A DNA stretch of 64,000 bases. Origin: Pseudomonadales bacterium. GTDB lineage: Bacteria > Pseudomonadota > Gammaproteobacteria > Pseudomonadales > Azotimanducaceae. Position numbers and translations under genes: made by a program. Numbering within the stretch: position 1 is the first letter of the stretch; the number at the start of each line of letters is the position of its first letter. The notes below the pieces were generated by a model. It did no database searches. It saw only the letters and a list, made by a program, of their open reading frames with translations, and was not told the DNA's origin. Of the stretch, positions 1 to 8,964 are shown piece after piece. The stretch covers positions 1,385 through 65,384 of the forward strand of contig JAJEIQ010000050.1 of NCBI GenBank assembly GCA_022827905.1. The letters are read 5' to 3'.

Positions 1-573
1 GAGGCTGGCCGCGTTCTCCAGGCGCGCTACCGGAACCGAAACGAGTCGTTCTGCGGCAGCCCCGCCGCCTCTCCGGGGCCTTGGTCTGACCTCGGCGAGG
101 CCACTGTCCCAGAACCGCCCGGGGACGGATCGACAGGTGGGTCCTGGGGAGCCTTGAGCGTCGACTTCTACGTGAGCGCGTCATGCCCTGGGCTCGCTGC
201 GGGCATCACCTTTGACCACGCCACGCAGGCGGCCGCCGCGAGCGCCGCACGCCAAGCCTGCCGACAGGACGGCGGCAGCACGGCTGAGTGCAACGAGGAA
301 ACCTACGTCTTCCAAGGCTGCTACGCCATGTCCTATGGAGTGGAGGGTCCATTCTGTGGGGTTTATGAGGGCAATCACCCGACAAGCCTATCCGCCGCCG
401 AGACGGATGCGCTGGCGGAATGCAGGGCGGACAACAACACAGGCTGCCGCATTTGGACGAACCGCAGCGGCAGGCGGATTTCCGGCTGCAATGCCGATTC
501 AAGCGGGACTGCGCCCCCGCTTTCCGAGCAAGCCAGCAAGAAGGCCATCATGACCACAAAGAAGGGGGCATGA
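1..573 (+). CDS. DUF4189-like Cys-rich secreted protein, 5' end outside window
   Basis: Frame 1 has no stop from nt 1 to TGA 571-573, so the TTG at 154 in the ORF track is probably internal. The translation (SWGALSVDF...AARQACRQDGGSTAEC...FQGCYAMS...AETDALAECRADNNTGCRIW) shows the duplicated WGA / A-x3-A-x2-C / C-x-I-W spacing I associate with DUF4189 (from memory). The stop overlaps the next start (ATGA 570-573). Confidence 0.55.
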   Translation, partial: EAGRVLQARYRNRNESFCGSPAASPGPWSDLGEATVPEPPGDGSTGGSWGALSVDFYVSASCPGLAAGITFDHATQAAAASAARQACRQDGGSTAECNEETYVFQGCYAMSYGVEGPFCGVYEGNHPTSLSAAETDALAECRADNNTGCRIWTNRSGRRISGCNADSSGTAPPLSEQASKKAIMTTKKGA

Positions 574-2069
574 AAATGACGGAAACGCTGCTTCTCAAGT
601 CTCTGCGAACACTGGCCGCCATCCTCGCGCTTGCGGCCGGCTCCGCGGTCGCCAGCCCATCCTCCGTCAGTGAATTGAGCGCACGGACCGCGCTTGCAAT
701 CACTTCCACGCAGGACGAAACGCGGCCGCTCGCCTTCCTCCGAGCAGCCGACACAGTCCGCGTCCCGCATGAGGCACAGGCCGACCGAACCGTCTGGCAC
801 ATTCCATACTTTCCGGCGGACAACAACGCCCGCGGCTGGCAGGGCTTCATCCGCGTGACAAGCCTCACGGATGATGTGGGGATCGACGTGGTGATCCGCG
901 CGTTCGACGAAAGCGGCCGCGACTTCGGCCCCGTGACGCTCGCCCTTGACCCACGGGAAACGGTGCATCTCAACTCCGCTGACCTGGAGGACGGCAACGC
1001 CGCCAAGGGCCTCACCGGCCGCATCGGCGCTCTCGGCCAAGGCGACTGGCGGCTGGAACTCAGGGCCGACTTCACTATGGAGCGGCCCAGCATGGCGGCG
1101 TTGGCCTACATCCGCACATCGGACGGGTTCGTGACCGCAATGCACGATGTTGCTCCCGCCGCAGAGGAAGGGACGAACAAGTACCGAATCGTCACCTTCA
1201 ACCCGGGCAGCAACTTCCGTCAGGAGAGCCTGCTGCGGTTGGTGAACCCGGGCGATGCTGAGGCTGCAGTGGCCATACGGGGCGTGGACGACCGGGGGCG
1301 CGCGGCGGGCCCGGTTCGCGTCGAATTAGCCGCACGGGCTTCGCGAACGGTCTCCGCCTTGGCGCTGGAGGAGGGCGCCAGCGGACTGGACGGACGCTTG
1401 GGCGACGGCGGCGGCAAGTGGCGGCTTGACGTTGAATCCAGCGTTCCGCTTTACGCCATGAGCTTGCTCGCCAGCCCCACCGGGCATCTGACGAATCTAT
1501 CGACGGCTCCGTCCCCGCCTCGTTCCGGCAGCAGCAACGCTGATGATGATCCAGCCTCATCCAAGCCAAGCTTCGCGGGTGCGCAAGGCCCGGGCGACAA
1601 GGCCTACACCGAAGGCACCCCCATTGCCGCCTTCACTCTGCCCGCGGCGAGCGGCGGCGACGGCACCCTGACCTACGGGCTCAGGCCAACCGTCCCGGGA
1701 TTGAGGTTCGACCTCAACACGCGCCGCCTCAGCGGCACCCCCACCAGTGTCGGCACCTACGACATGACCTACACGGCCACCGATGCCGATGGGGACAGCG
1801 ATTCACTGCTGTTCACCATCACCGTGGCCAAGCCCCCCGGCGGTGGCACGGGACGGGACGGCGACTGCTACGTCGGCTTGCTGGTGAATCCAAGCGAGAG
1901 CTGCGCCTATCCGGGCACGAACGACGAGTTCACGGTCACCGCCGACGGACGGGGCCGCTTCCTGTTCATCACCTCCGGCGGTGCGATAAACATCAACTCC
2001 GGCAACATTTCATTTGCGGCGTCGCACCAAGGCGGCGGAGTTTGGCGGATCGACCGGGTCGGCGGTTGA
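570..2069 (+). CDS. secreted modular protein: two duplicated unassigned modules + He_PIG Ig-like repeat + C-terminal GDCY module
   Basis: ATG 570 follows GAAGGGGG. Signal peptide MKMTETLLLKSLRTLAAILALAAGSAVA. Two internally duplicated ~110-aa modules lie at nt ~795-1150 and ~1182-1505, sharing F..N.R...R...D...IR..D..GR..GPV...L....LE.G...GL.GR.G..G.WRL. One He_PIG-type repeat lies at 1566-1826 (LSGTPTSVGTYDMTYTATDADGDSDSLLFTITV). A Cys module lies at 1860-2066. The ORF-track start at 420 is rejected. Confidence 0.8.
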   Translation: MKMTETLLLKSLRTLAAILALAAGSAVASPSSVSELSARTALAITSTQDETRPLAFLRAADTVRVPHEAQADRTVWHIPYFPADNNARGWQGFIRVTSLTDDVGIDVVIRAFDESGRDFGPVTLALDPRETVHLNSADLEDGNAAKGLTGRIGALGQGDWRLELRADFTMERPSMAALAYIRTSDGFVTAMHDVAPAAEEGTNKYRIVTFNPGSNFRQESLLRLVNPGDAEAAVAIRGVDDRGRAAGPVRVELAARASRTVSALALEEGASGLDGRLGDGGGKWRLDVESSVPLYAMSLLASPTGHLTNLSTAPSPPRSGSSNADDDPASSKPSFAGAQGPGDKAYTEGTPIAAFTLPAASGGDGTLTYGLRPTVPGLRFDLNTRRLSGTPTSVGTYDMTYTATDADGDSDSLLFTITVAKPPGGGTGRDGDCYVGLLVNPSESCAYPGTNDEFTVTADGRGRFLFITSGGAININSGNISFAASHQGGGVWRIDRVGG

Positions 2070-2082
2070 GCGCACTAGGGGA

Positions 2083-5000
2083 ATGCAGGTGATTGCGCGA
2101 AACCGGAACAACCCTCAGTTCGCCTACGGCGTGGGCCTCGCAGTCCTGTTGCTGCTATGTTGCGCGGGAAGCGTGCGGGGCGCGACCGATGACCCCCGAT
2201 ACCTGACGGACACCTTCACCGATTCCACGGGCCGAACGCTGCTCTACCGCCTGCAGTACGGCAGCAGTTGGGATTTGAGCCTTGCACGCGGCTTGGTGAT
2301 CTACTTTCACGGCAACAACACCGGCACCGAGCAGCAAATGCTGGATTGGTTCGGCCAGGATCGTGACGCGCTGGAAAGGGGCCTGCTTTACGCAGCCGTC
2401 GCCTCTCCGGGCACGGCCTTTTCCTATTCCAAGGAAGCCGTTTTTTTCGGCACTAGGCTCAATGCGGGCGGCGAACGGGCATGGTATCCGGCGCGGGATT
2501 CCCGCCTGATTCACGAACTGCTGCACAGCGACTTCGGGGGCAACGCCGCGATCGACCGCGACCGGATCGTTTTCCACGGCGCATCCCAAGGAACCTGCTT
2601 CCTCAACGAGTTCCTGGCGCGCTACGCCCATGTGTACGGCGGCGGCTTCCACGCCCATTGTGGCTGCATTTGGAGCCGGCATGGCGGCGAGCGGCCTCCG
2701 CGCCTAGCCAATCCGTGGATGCCTACGGTGCCGTGGACCGCCCATGTGTCCTCGGAGGCCGCCCAACGGGTGCGGGTGTTCGTGGAGGCGACCACTGAGG
2801 ACTTTCTGCACGCCGATGCCGTCGTGACCCGGGACTACTACCGGGATCTGATCGGGCTGCGCACCCGCTGGGATCTGGATGCGTCCGGCGGCCACTGCGC
2901 AAAAGGGGCGACGGCCCGAGCCTCCATCCGGGACTGGTTGTCGGCAGGCGCTCCGGTTCCGCGCCTTTTCGGGAGCATCGCGAACGACCACGACGGTGAC
3001 GGTCTCACGGACGTCGTCGATTCAGACGACGATGACGATGGGGCGCTCGACATCATCGATGCCCTGCCGATGGAGCACCGGGAGTGGCTCGACACCGACG
3101 GTGACGGCATCGGCAACTTCCTTGACCGGGACGCTGACGGCGACGGCGCTGACAATGCGGCCGATCCCTTTCCGCTGGATCCAAAGGAATGGGCCGATGC
3201 TGACGCGGACGGCATCGGCGACAACCTGGATGCGGACGACGACAACGACGGCACCCCAGACCTGTCTGACACCGACCCAGGGCAGGGGGTGCGCAATGGC
3301 CAGTTGTCCTTCAAGTTCATCGACGGCGGGGCGGACTTGCGTCCCCCATCCAAGCCAAAGATCGCTCAGAAGCACTCCGGACCGCCTTCGTCCGTCAGCT
3401 ACCCTGCGCCGGCCGGCGACATCCAGACCTATCACGCCATCCGCCTTGGAGACAGCGCCAATCCGGTCTTTGAAGTCATGATCAATTCCCACAAGCGGGA
3501 CCAAGCGTGCTCTGAACTGCTGCGCGCCGAGTTCTGCCAGCATCAGGTCTCGTCGTCCCGCTACACGGACTTTCACTACGAGCAGTGGCTGCACGAGCTG
3601 TACATCGACCGCAATCAGAACCGGAACCTGACGGACGACGGCCCCCCGCTGGTTTTCGCGCGCTCCGATGGCAGCGCCCGCGATGGCATACACCTAGGAA
3701 TGGCGCCCGGCGTGAACACCGTGCTCCACGTGAAGTACGCCACCGGCGAAGTGCTGCCGTACGCGCTGAGCTTGAATACCCATGAGAGCCCGGACGGGCC
3801 GGGGCAGAGGGCGGGAGTCGTGTCCAGCGCCGCCGACATCCTGCTTCGCTACGAAGGCTGGAGCGGCTGGTGGGGGCCGGTGCCGGGGGGACAACCGGTG
3901 CTGGTCGGCACGGTGGATGCGAACTGGGACGGCGTCTTCAACGGCGGCACTTGGGGGTTCGACGAATTGCAGGCCCAGCTCAAAGAGCTCTGGAACCTGA
4001 TAAGAGCCGGAGCTTGGGCGAACTTCGGGACGCTTGATGATCAATTCTCCAAGGACTACGAGAATTTTCGAGACTTTGCCTGCGTGGACACCGACCGCGA
4101 CGGCCGTTTGACGGAATGCGGCGATGCGCCCTACTACGAGGACGCATCGTTCACGCCCATCTATCCGGGTGAGCCTTTCATGCTGGACGGCGACAGTTGC
4201 ACGCTCGACATTTCGCCCGCCGGCCAAAGGGTGCAAATCGACTGCGATGGCGGCACGGACGATGCGCCCAGCTTCGCCGGCGCCCAAGCACCAAGCGACC
4301 GAACGTACACCGAAGGCACGCGCATTGCCGCGTTGACTCTGCCGAGGGCCAGCGGCGGCGACGGCACGTTGGCATACTCCCTCTCCCCCAGCGTGCCCGG
4401 CCTGACGTTCACTCCGGCAACGCGGCGACTCAGCGGCACGCCAACCCAAGCGGGCGCCTACGCCATGACCTACACCGCCACCGACACGGACGGCGACACG
4501 GACTCGCTCGGCTTCACCATCACGGTGAACGCCGACCGCGCACCCAGCTTCGCCAGTGCCGACGTCCCTCGCGATCAGACCTACACCGAGGGCAGCCCCA
4601 TAACGGCCTTCACATTGCCTGCGGCTAGCGGCGGCGACGGCCCGCTAACCTACTCTCTGACCCCCAGCGTACCCGGCCTGACGTTCACTCCGGCAACGCG
4701 TCGCCTCAGCGGCACGCCAACTCAAGCGGGCGCCTACGCCATGACCTACACCGCCACCGACGACGACGGCGACAGGGACTCGCTGGGCTTCGCCATCACC
4801 GTGAACGCCGACACTTCGGCGTTGGGTGACTGCTATGTCGGCTTGCTGGTGAATCCGGGCGAGAGCTGCACCCATCCGGACACGGGGCACGATTTCATGG
4901 TCACCGCTGAAGGACTGGGCGAGTTCCTGGACATCACCTCTTCAGGCGCAATATCCCTGACCCGCTTCAACAGCCCTTACGAGTTTGAGGCCGAGCATCA

Positions 5001-5979
5001 GGGCAACGGTGTTTGGCAGATCATCCGGATCGTCGCAAGGGACACTTCACCGAGCTTCGGTGATGCTCAACACCCCGGCGATCAGATGTACACGAAGGGC
5101 ACCGCCATAGCCGCCTTAACGCTGCCGGTGGCCAGCGGTGGGGAAGGCATCCTGACCTACTCGCTCACCCCCAGTGTGCCCGGCCTAACGTTCAATTCGG
5201 ATACGCGAAGCCTCAGCGGCACACCGACCGAGGCCAATTCCTACGACATGACCTACCAAGCCAGCGACGCCGACGGCGACACGGACTCGCTGAGCTTCGT
5301 CATTGCCGTAGCAGAGCCGCCTCCAACAGGTGGTGGGGAGGAGCCCATGGCCGGTTTCAATCTGGCGGATGGCAACGGCAGCCCCAATGGCATTGCGTTC
5401 GCTAACGGACGATTTCACGTCGTGGATAGCGACGTGAAGGTGTACGCATACACCGCATCGGGTGAGCGCGACCCTACGGCCGATTTCGATTTGGCTCGCG
5501 GCCAGAGCAGGCCCGAGGGCATCACCTTCGCCAATGGAAGGTTCTACATCGTTGACGTCAATAAGTGGGTTCACGCTTACGCGGCCTCTGGCCAGTACAA
5601 CTCTGCGGACGACCTCGAACTGCAGGACCGCAACCGCAGCCCCCGAGGGATCGCTTTCGCCAACGGCCGGTTCCACATAGTCGACCGTAGTGGCAAGGTC
5701 TTCGCGTACAGCCCTTCTGGCCAGCGCGACTCGGTAGCCGACTTTGACCTCAAGTACAGCAATCCCTATCCCGTGAGCATCGTCTTCGCGACCGGACGGT
5801 TCCACGTCGTGGACGGAAACGACAAAACAGTGTACGCCTACACAGCCTCAGGACAACGCGACCCCTCAGCCGACTTCGATCTGCCTGAGGGCCTTCGAGA
5901 ACCTGCGGGCATCACGTTCGCCAACGGTCGATTCCACATCGTTGACTGGGGCGATGACAGGGTTTATTCGCTGCCTTAG
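2083..5979 (+). CDS. large secreted multidomain protein (esterase-like domain, TSP3-like Ca repeats, 3 He_PIG repeats, GDCY module, 5 propeller-like repeats)
   Basis: ATG 2083 follows AGGGGAA. Signal peptide ends ...LLLLCCAGSVRGA. The HGASQGT nucleophile-elbow motif suggests an alpha/beta hydrolase. Asp-rich DxDxDGxxDxxD repeats lie at nt ~2986-3279. He_PIG repeats lie at 4264-4536, 4540-4812 and 5047-5320. The GDCYVGLLVNP module lies at 4825-5034. Five ~44-aa repeats (P.GI.FANGRFH(V/I)VD...VYAY..SG.R....DFDL) lie at 5347-5976. Confidence 0.85.
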   Translation: MQVIARNRNNPQFAYGVGLAVLLLLCCAGSVRGATDDPRYLTDTFTDSTGRTLLYRLQYGSSWDLSLARGLVIYFHGNNTGTEQQMLDWFGQDRDALERGLLYAAVASPGTAFSYSKEAVFFGTRLNAGGERAWYPARDSRLIHELLHSDFGGNAAIDRDRIVFHGASQGTCFLNEFLARYAHVYGGGFHAHCGCIWSRHGGERPPRLANPWMPTVPWTAHVSSEAAQRVRVFVEATTEDFLHADAVVTRDYYRDLIGLRTRWDLDASGGHCAKGATARASIRDWLSAGAPVPRLFGSIANDHDGDGLTDVVDSDDDDDGALDIIDALPMEHREWLDTDGDGIGNFLDRDADGDGADNAADPFPLDPKEWADADADGIGDNLDADDDNDGTPDLSDTDPGQGVRNGQLSFKFIDGGADLRPPSKPKIAQKHSGPPSSVSYPAPAGDIQTYHAIRLGDSANPVFEVMINSHKRDQACSELLRAEFCQHQVSSSRYTDFHYEQWLHELYIDRNQNRNLTDDGPPLVFARSDGSARDGIHLGMAPGVNTVLHVKYATGEVLPYALSLNTHESPDGPGQRAGVVSSAADILLRYEGWSGWWGPVPGGQPVLVGTVDANWDGVFNGGTWGFDELQAQLKELWNLIRAGAWANFGTLDDQFSKDYENFRDFACVDTDRDGRLTECGDAPYYEDASFTPIYPGEPFMLDGDSCTLDISPAGQRVQIDCDGGTDDAPSFAGAQAPSDRTYTEGTRIAALTLPRASGGDGTLAYSLSPSVPGLTFTPATRRLSGTPTQAGAYAMTYTATDTDGDTDSLGFTITVNADRAPSFASADVPRDQTYTEGSPITAFTLPAASGGDGPLTYSLTPSVPGLTFTPATRRLSGTPTQAGAYAMTYTATDDDGDRDSLGFAITVNADTSALGDCYVGLLVNPGESCTHPDTGHDFMVTAEGLGEFLDITSSGAISLTRFNSPYEFEAEHQGNGVWQIIRIVARDTSPSFGDAQHPGDQMYTKGTAIAALTLPVASGGEGILTYSLTPSVPGLTFNSDTRSLSGTPTEANSYDMTYQASDADGDTDSLSFVIAVAEPPPTGGGEEPMAGFNLADGNGSPNGIAFANGRFHVVDSDVKVYAYTASGERDPTADFDLARGQSRPEGITFANGRFYIVDVNKWVHAYAASGQYNSADDLELQDRNRSPRGIAFANGRFHIVDRSGKVFAYSPSGQRDSVADFDLKYSNPYPVSIVFATGRFHVVDGNDKTVYAYTASGQRDPSADFDLPEGLREPAGITFANGRFHIVDWGDDRVYSLP
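4264..4815 (+). repeat. 276-bp tandem duplication inside the large CDS (two He_PIG units)
   Basis: CCCAGCTTCGCC recurs at 4267 and 4543, a period of 276 bp (92 codons). The 3' halves of the two units are about 90 percent identical by eye, including identical runs of 39 nt (CAAGCGGGCGCCTACGCCATGACCTACACCGCCACCGAC) and 29 nt. Confidence 0.85.
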
Positions 5980-5982
5980 CCC

Positions 5983-6858
5983 ATGGGGGAAATGAAGTTG
6001 AACTCAACCACCCTCTCCGGACGGTCTTGGCCTGCTACGCATTGGGCTACCGCACTCCTCGTCGCATGGGCTAGTTGCGCATCGCCGGTGGGGGCGGCTG
6101 CGCAAACGGGCGATGCGACTCTGCATGCGCTCGAACTGTGGAATTCAACGCCTTCCCGCAGTCTGGCGGAAAGCGCGGCCACCGGGCACCTAGTCAACGG
6201 AGACATTCGACTGGTTCCCGGGTTTGCCGCCGACGTTGACCGCTACGCGGCCAAGACCGCCGGTTCCAGCGTCCTGCTCCGTGCGAAAGCGGCGCCTCTG
6301 TCGAAGGCGACGGCCACAATGGTCGGCACGGACGGCGCGCGCTACGGCCGATCGTCCTCCTTCAACCTCAATACCGACGACGGCCACTTCTACGGCGTGA
6401 CGCTGTCCGGCTTGAGGCGCGGCAACAATGCAATCGAGGTCATGGTGAACGCGGACGGTGGCAACCGGAAGAGGTATCGGCTGAACGTTGAACGGTTCGG
6501 TTCGGTGGCGGCCACGTTGCGGAGCCTTGAAGTCCAAGGCGGGGATGGGGAGGTGAGTATCGTGCCGAATTTCGATCCTGCGACCCTGGACTACATTGGA
6601 ATGATGAGCGGTTCGGAAGTGCGGCTTGAAACGGGGTCCGACCCCGAGGTGGAGGTTGAGGTCGCTGGCCAAAACGCATCGCGGAAAGAGCTTTCGGAGC
6701 GATCAAACCTTTTGGACGTCATCTTGGGAGGCATGGGGAACGCCAAACCGACCACGCTTGACGGTCTCGTGCCTGGACGCAACGTCGTCACCATCACCGT
6801 CTCTACAGGTGACTTCCGCGTGACCGTTTACACCTTGCACCTGCTGGTTGAAGAGTAG
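5983..6858 (+). CDS. secreted protein with two cadherin-like beta-sandwich domains
   Basis: The gene starts 4 nt after the previous stop. Signal peptide ...ASCASPVGAAA/QTG. Two copies of ATL..LE......(V/I)P.F......Y ... N.(I/V).(I/V).V...G....Y.L pattern are seen (PF12733-like, from memory). An alternative ATG lies at 5992. Confidence 0.7.
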   Translation: MGEMKLNSTTLSGRSWPATHWATALLVAWASCASPVGAAAQTGDATLHALELWNSTPSRSLAESAATGHLVNGDIRLVPGFAADVDRYAAKTAGSSVLLRAKAAPLSKATATMVGTDGARYGRSSSFNLNTDDGHFYGVTLSGLRRGNNAIEVMVNADGGNRKRYRLNVERFGSVAATLRSLEVQGGDGEVSIVPNFDPATLDYIGMMSGSEVRLETGSDPEVEVEVAGQNASRKELSERSNLLDVILGGMGNAKPTTLDGLVPGRNVVTITVSTGDFRVTVYTLHLLVEE

Positions 6859-6969
6859 ATGAAAGATGCGATGCATTGGATCGACTCGCCGCCGCCGACG
6901 GAACCCCGCGCCCCGCGCAGCCGGCCGGCAAAACGCTGCTCTGGCGCACGTCTTTAGAAGGAGCCGTCG

Positions 6970-7479
6970 ATGAAAGCCAAGAAGTCAATTGGAAAATCGG
7001 CGCTGCTGACGCTCATATTCAACTTTTTCGGCTTGCTCTATTCGAGCGTTCTGGCCTTTTTCGTTGTAGGCGGCCTTTGGGCCTTGGGTGAATTTGGGCT
7101 TTGGCGCAGCACCGATGGCCTCGCCCAGTCCGCTGGCTGCATCCGCCAACTTGCACGCGAAGACATTGAGGACCTTGCTTTGTGGCGGGATTGCTCGAAC
7201 GACCTTGAAAAGATCACGTTTTGGCGGGATTTCTCGGAAAGCGTCTATAGGCAGGACACCGTCAATGGCGCATCGGGGGAAAGAACGACGGAACACCTCC
7301 ACTGGACGACCTTCAAGCGGGTGGTCGAATCATTGATTTGGTCGTGCATCATATGGCTCATTGCCATTCTGGCGGGTGTTTTCACGACCAATCGACACAA
7401 CAGAAAAATTGCTCGGGAGGAAAGATGGCTGCGGAAATCTAATGCCCGCGGGACCGTCAGCGGACGCAGCTTTCCTTAG
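6970..7479 (+). CDS. hypothetical membrane protein (2 TM)
   Basis: AAGGAG lies upstream of the ATG. Hydrophobic helices LLTLIFNFFGLLYSSVLAFFVVGGLWALG and LIWSCIIWLIAILAGVF. No family was recognised. The region is locally lower in GC. Confidence 0.5.
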   Translation: MKAKKSIGKSALLTLIFNFFGLLYSSVLAFFVVGGLWALGEFGLWRSTDGLAQSAGCIRQLAREDIEDLALWRDCSNDLEKITFWRDFSESVYRQDTVNGASGERTTEHLHWTTFKRVVESLIWSCIIWLIAILAGVFTTNRHNRKIAREERWLRKSNARGTVSGRSFP

Positions 7480-7587
7480 GCGACCCTACGGAATTCGCCC
7501 TCGCCGAGAAACGCTCCACTCGGGCCAACGCTTTGACACCGGTGGCATCCGTTAGTCTAATGCCGCAAATGCAGCGAGGCGCAACCG

Positions 7588-8943
7588 ATGACCAATGAAG
7601 CGTGTGTGAAGCATCCGTTGGCGATGGATGGCAAGGATCCATCCCTTCTTCGAGGCGATCCGATTCCTCAGGATCGCTACTACTGCCCCGAGTTCATGGC
7701 GCGGGAATGGGAGTGCCTTTGGACCAAGATCTGGCACATCGCCGGCCGGGAAAAGCAGCTTGAGCAAGCCGGCGACTTCATCGTGCATGACTTTGTGCGC
7801 GAGTCCGTCATCATCGTCAAGCAGCGCGACGGATCGCTGAGAGGCTTCTACAACGCCTGCGGCCACCGGGCGCAGCGCTTGGCCTGGCAGGACGGCAGCC
7901 AAGCCTGCTTCACCTGCCCCTACCACGGCTGGCAGTGGGGGCTCGATGGCGTGCTGGAGGATTGCCCGGACCGGGACGATTTTCCCCAAGGCGACCCGGT
8001 GGGCAAGCTCAGGCTCACCGAAGTCCGCGTGGACACCTGGGCGGGCCTCGTCTGGTACACCATGGATGACGAAGCGCCGGACTTGATGAAGTACTTGGAA
8101 CCCACTCCGGAACTGTACAAAAACCACCAGTTCGAGAAGACCATTCGCGTCAACTGGCTGCGGGTGGCGCTCGATACCAACTGGAAGTTCTGGTCAGACA
8201 ACTTCAACGAGTCCTACCACACGCGAACCGTGCATCCCCAAGTGCCGCCGATCATCGATCAGGATCACTTCACGTCCCGCTACGAGATGTTCCCCATGGG
8301 CCACAACCGCATCGTGCAGATGGGCCGCCCTTCCTTGAGGGACCAGTTGCCGGACGGCGCGCCGCACCCGTTTGACGACATGCTGCGGGTCTGGGACATC
8401 GACCCCGATCAATACCCCGACTACGAGACCAAGGCCATGCAGGGCTGGCGGGACCTGAAAGCCGCCAAGAGGGCGCTTTGGCGGGAAAAAGGCCATCTGC
8501 ACTACGAACACCTCAACGATGAGGACCTGACCGAAAGCCCCTTCCAAGTGCTCTTCCCTAACGTCGCCATCGCGCCATCGGCGGATTCCTTCCTGGTCTG
8601 GCGTTGGGAACCGCACCCAACTGACCCGCAAAAGTGCTTTTTTGATCAGTGGACGATGGCCTATCCCATTGAAGGCATGGATGAATTCGTCAATCGCACG
8701 GCGGTGAACCCCATTGAGCTCACCGAAGCGGAGCTGGATTTTCGCGACTACGGCAATGGCGAAAGCGTTTTGGACTATTCCGACCAAGTGGTGTTTCAGG
8801 ACTGGCAGCTCACCCCAGGCCAAACCACCGGCTGGCACTCCAGAGGCTACCAGGAACCCTACATGGCGGCCCAGGAAACCCGGGTCAGGCGCTTTCACGA
8901 GGTGTTGAACGATTACATGGCGGGCAATCCGCCCGGCCGCTGA
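7588..8943 (+). CDS. Rieske (2Fe-2S) aromatic-ring-hydroxylating oxygenase alpha subunit
   Basis: Rieske motif CGHRAQRL ... CPYHGWQW. The non-haem iron region is NFNESYHTRTVHP. 451 aa. There is no adjacent beta subunit or reductase. Confidence 0.9.
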   Translation: MTNEACVKHPLAMDGKDPSLLRGDPIPQDRYYCPEFMAREWECLWTKIWHIAGREKQLEQAGDFIVHDFVRESVIIVKQRDGSLRGFYNACGHRAQRLAWQDGSQACFTCPYHGWQWGLDGVLEDCPDRDDFPQGDPVGKLRLTEVRVDTWAGLVWYTMDDEAPDLMKYLEPTPELYKNHQFEKTIRVNWLRVALDTNWKFWSDNFNESYHTRTVHPQVPPIIDQDHFTSRYEMFPMGHNRIVQMGRPSLRDQLPDGAPHPFDDMLRVWDIDPDQYPDYETKAMQGWRDLKAAKRALWREKGHLHYEHLNDEDLTESPFQVLFPNVAIAPSADSFLVWRWEPHPTDPQKCFFDQWTMAYPIEGMDEFVNRTAVNPIELTEAELDFRDYGNGESVLDYSDQVVFQDWQLTPGQTTGWHSRGYQEPYMAAQETRVRRFHEVLNDYMAGNPPGR

Positions 8944-8964
8944 GGATGTGCCGGGGGACCGGCC

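Noticed and set aside
6859-6957. A 32-codon ORF (MKDAMHWIDSPPPTEP...) immediately after the cadherin-like gene.
   Set aside because: It has no RBS, a Pro/Arg-rich composition and no supporting evidence.
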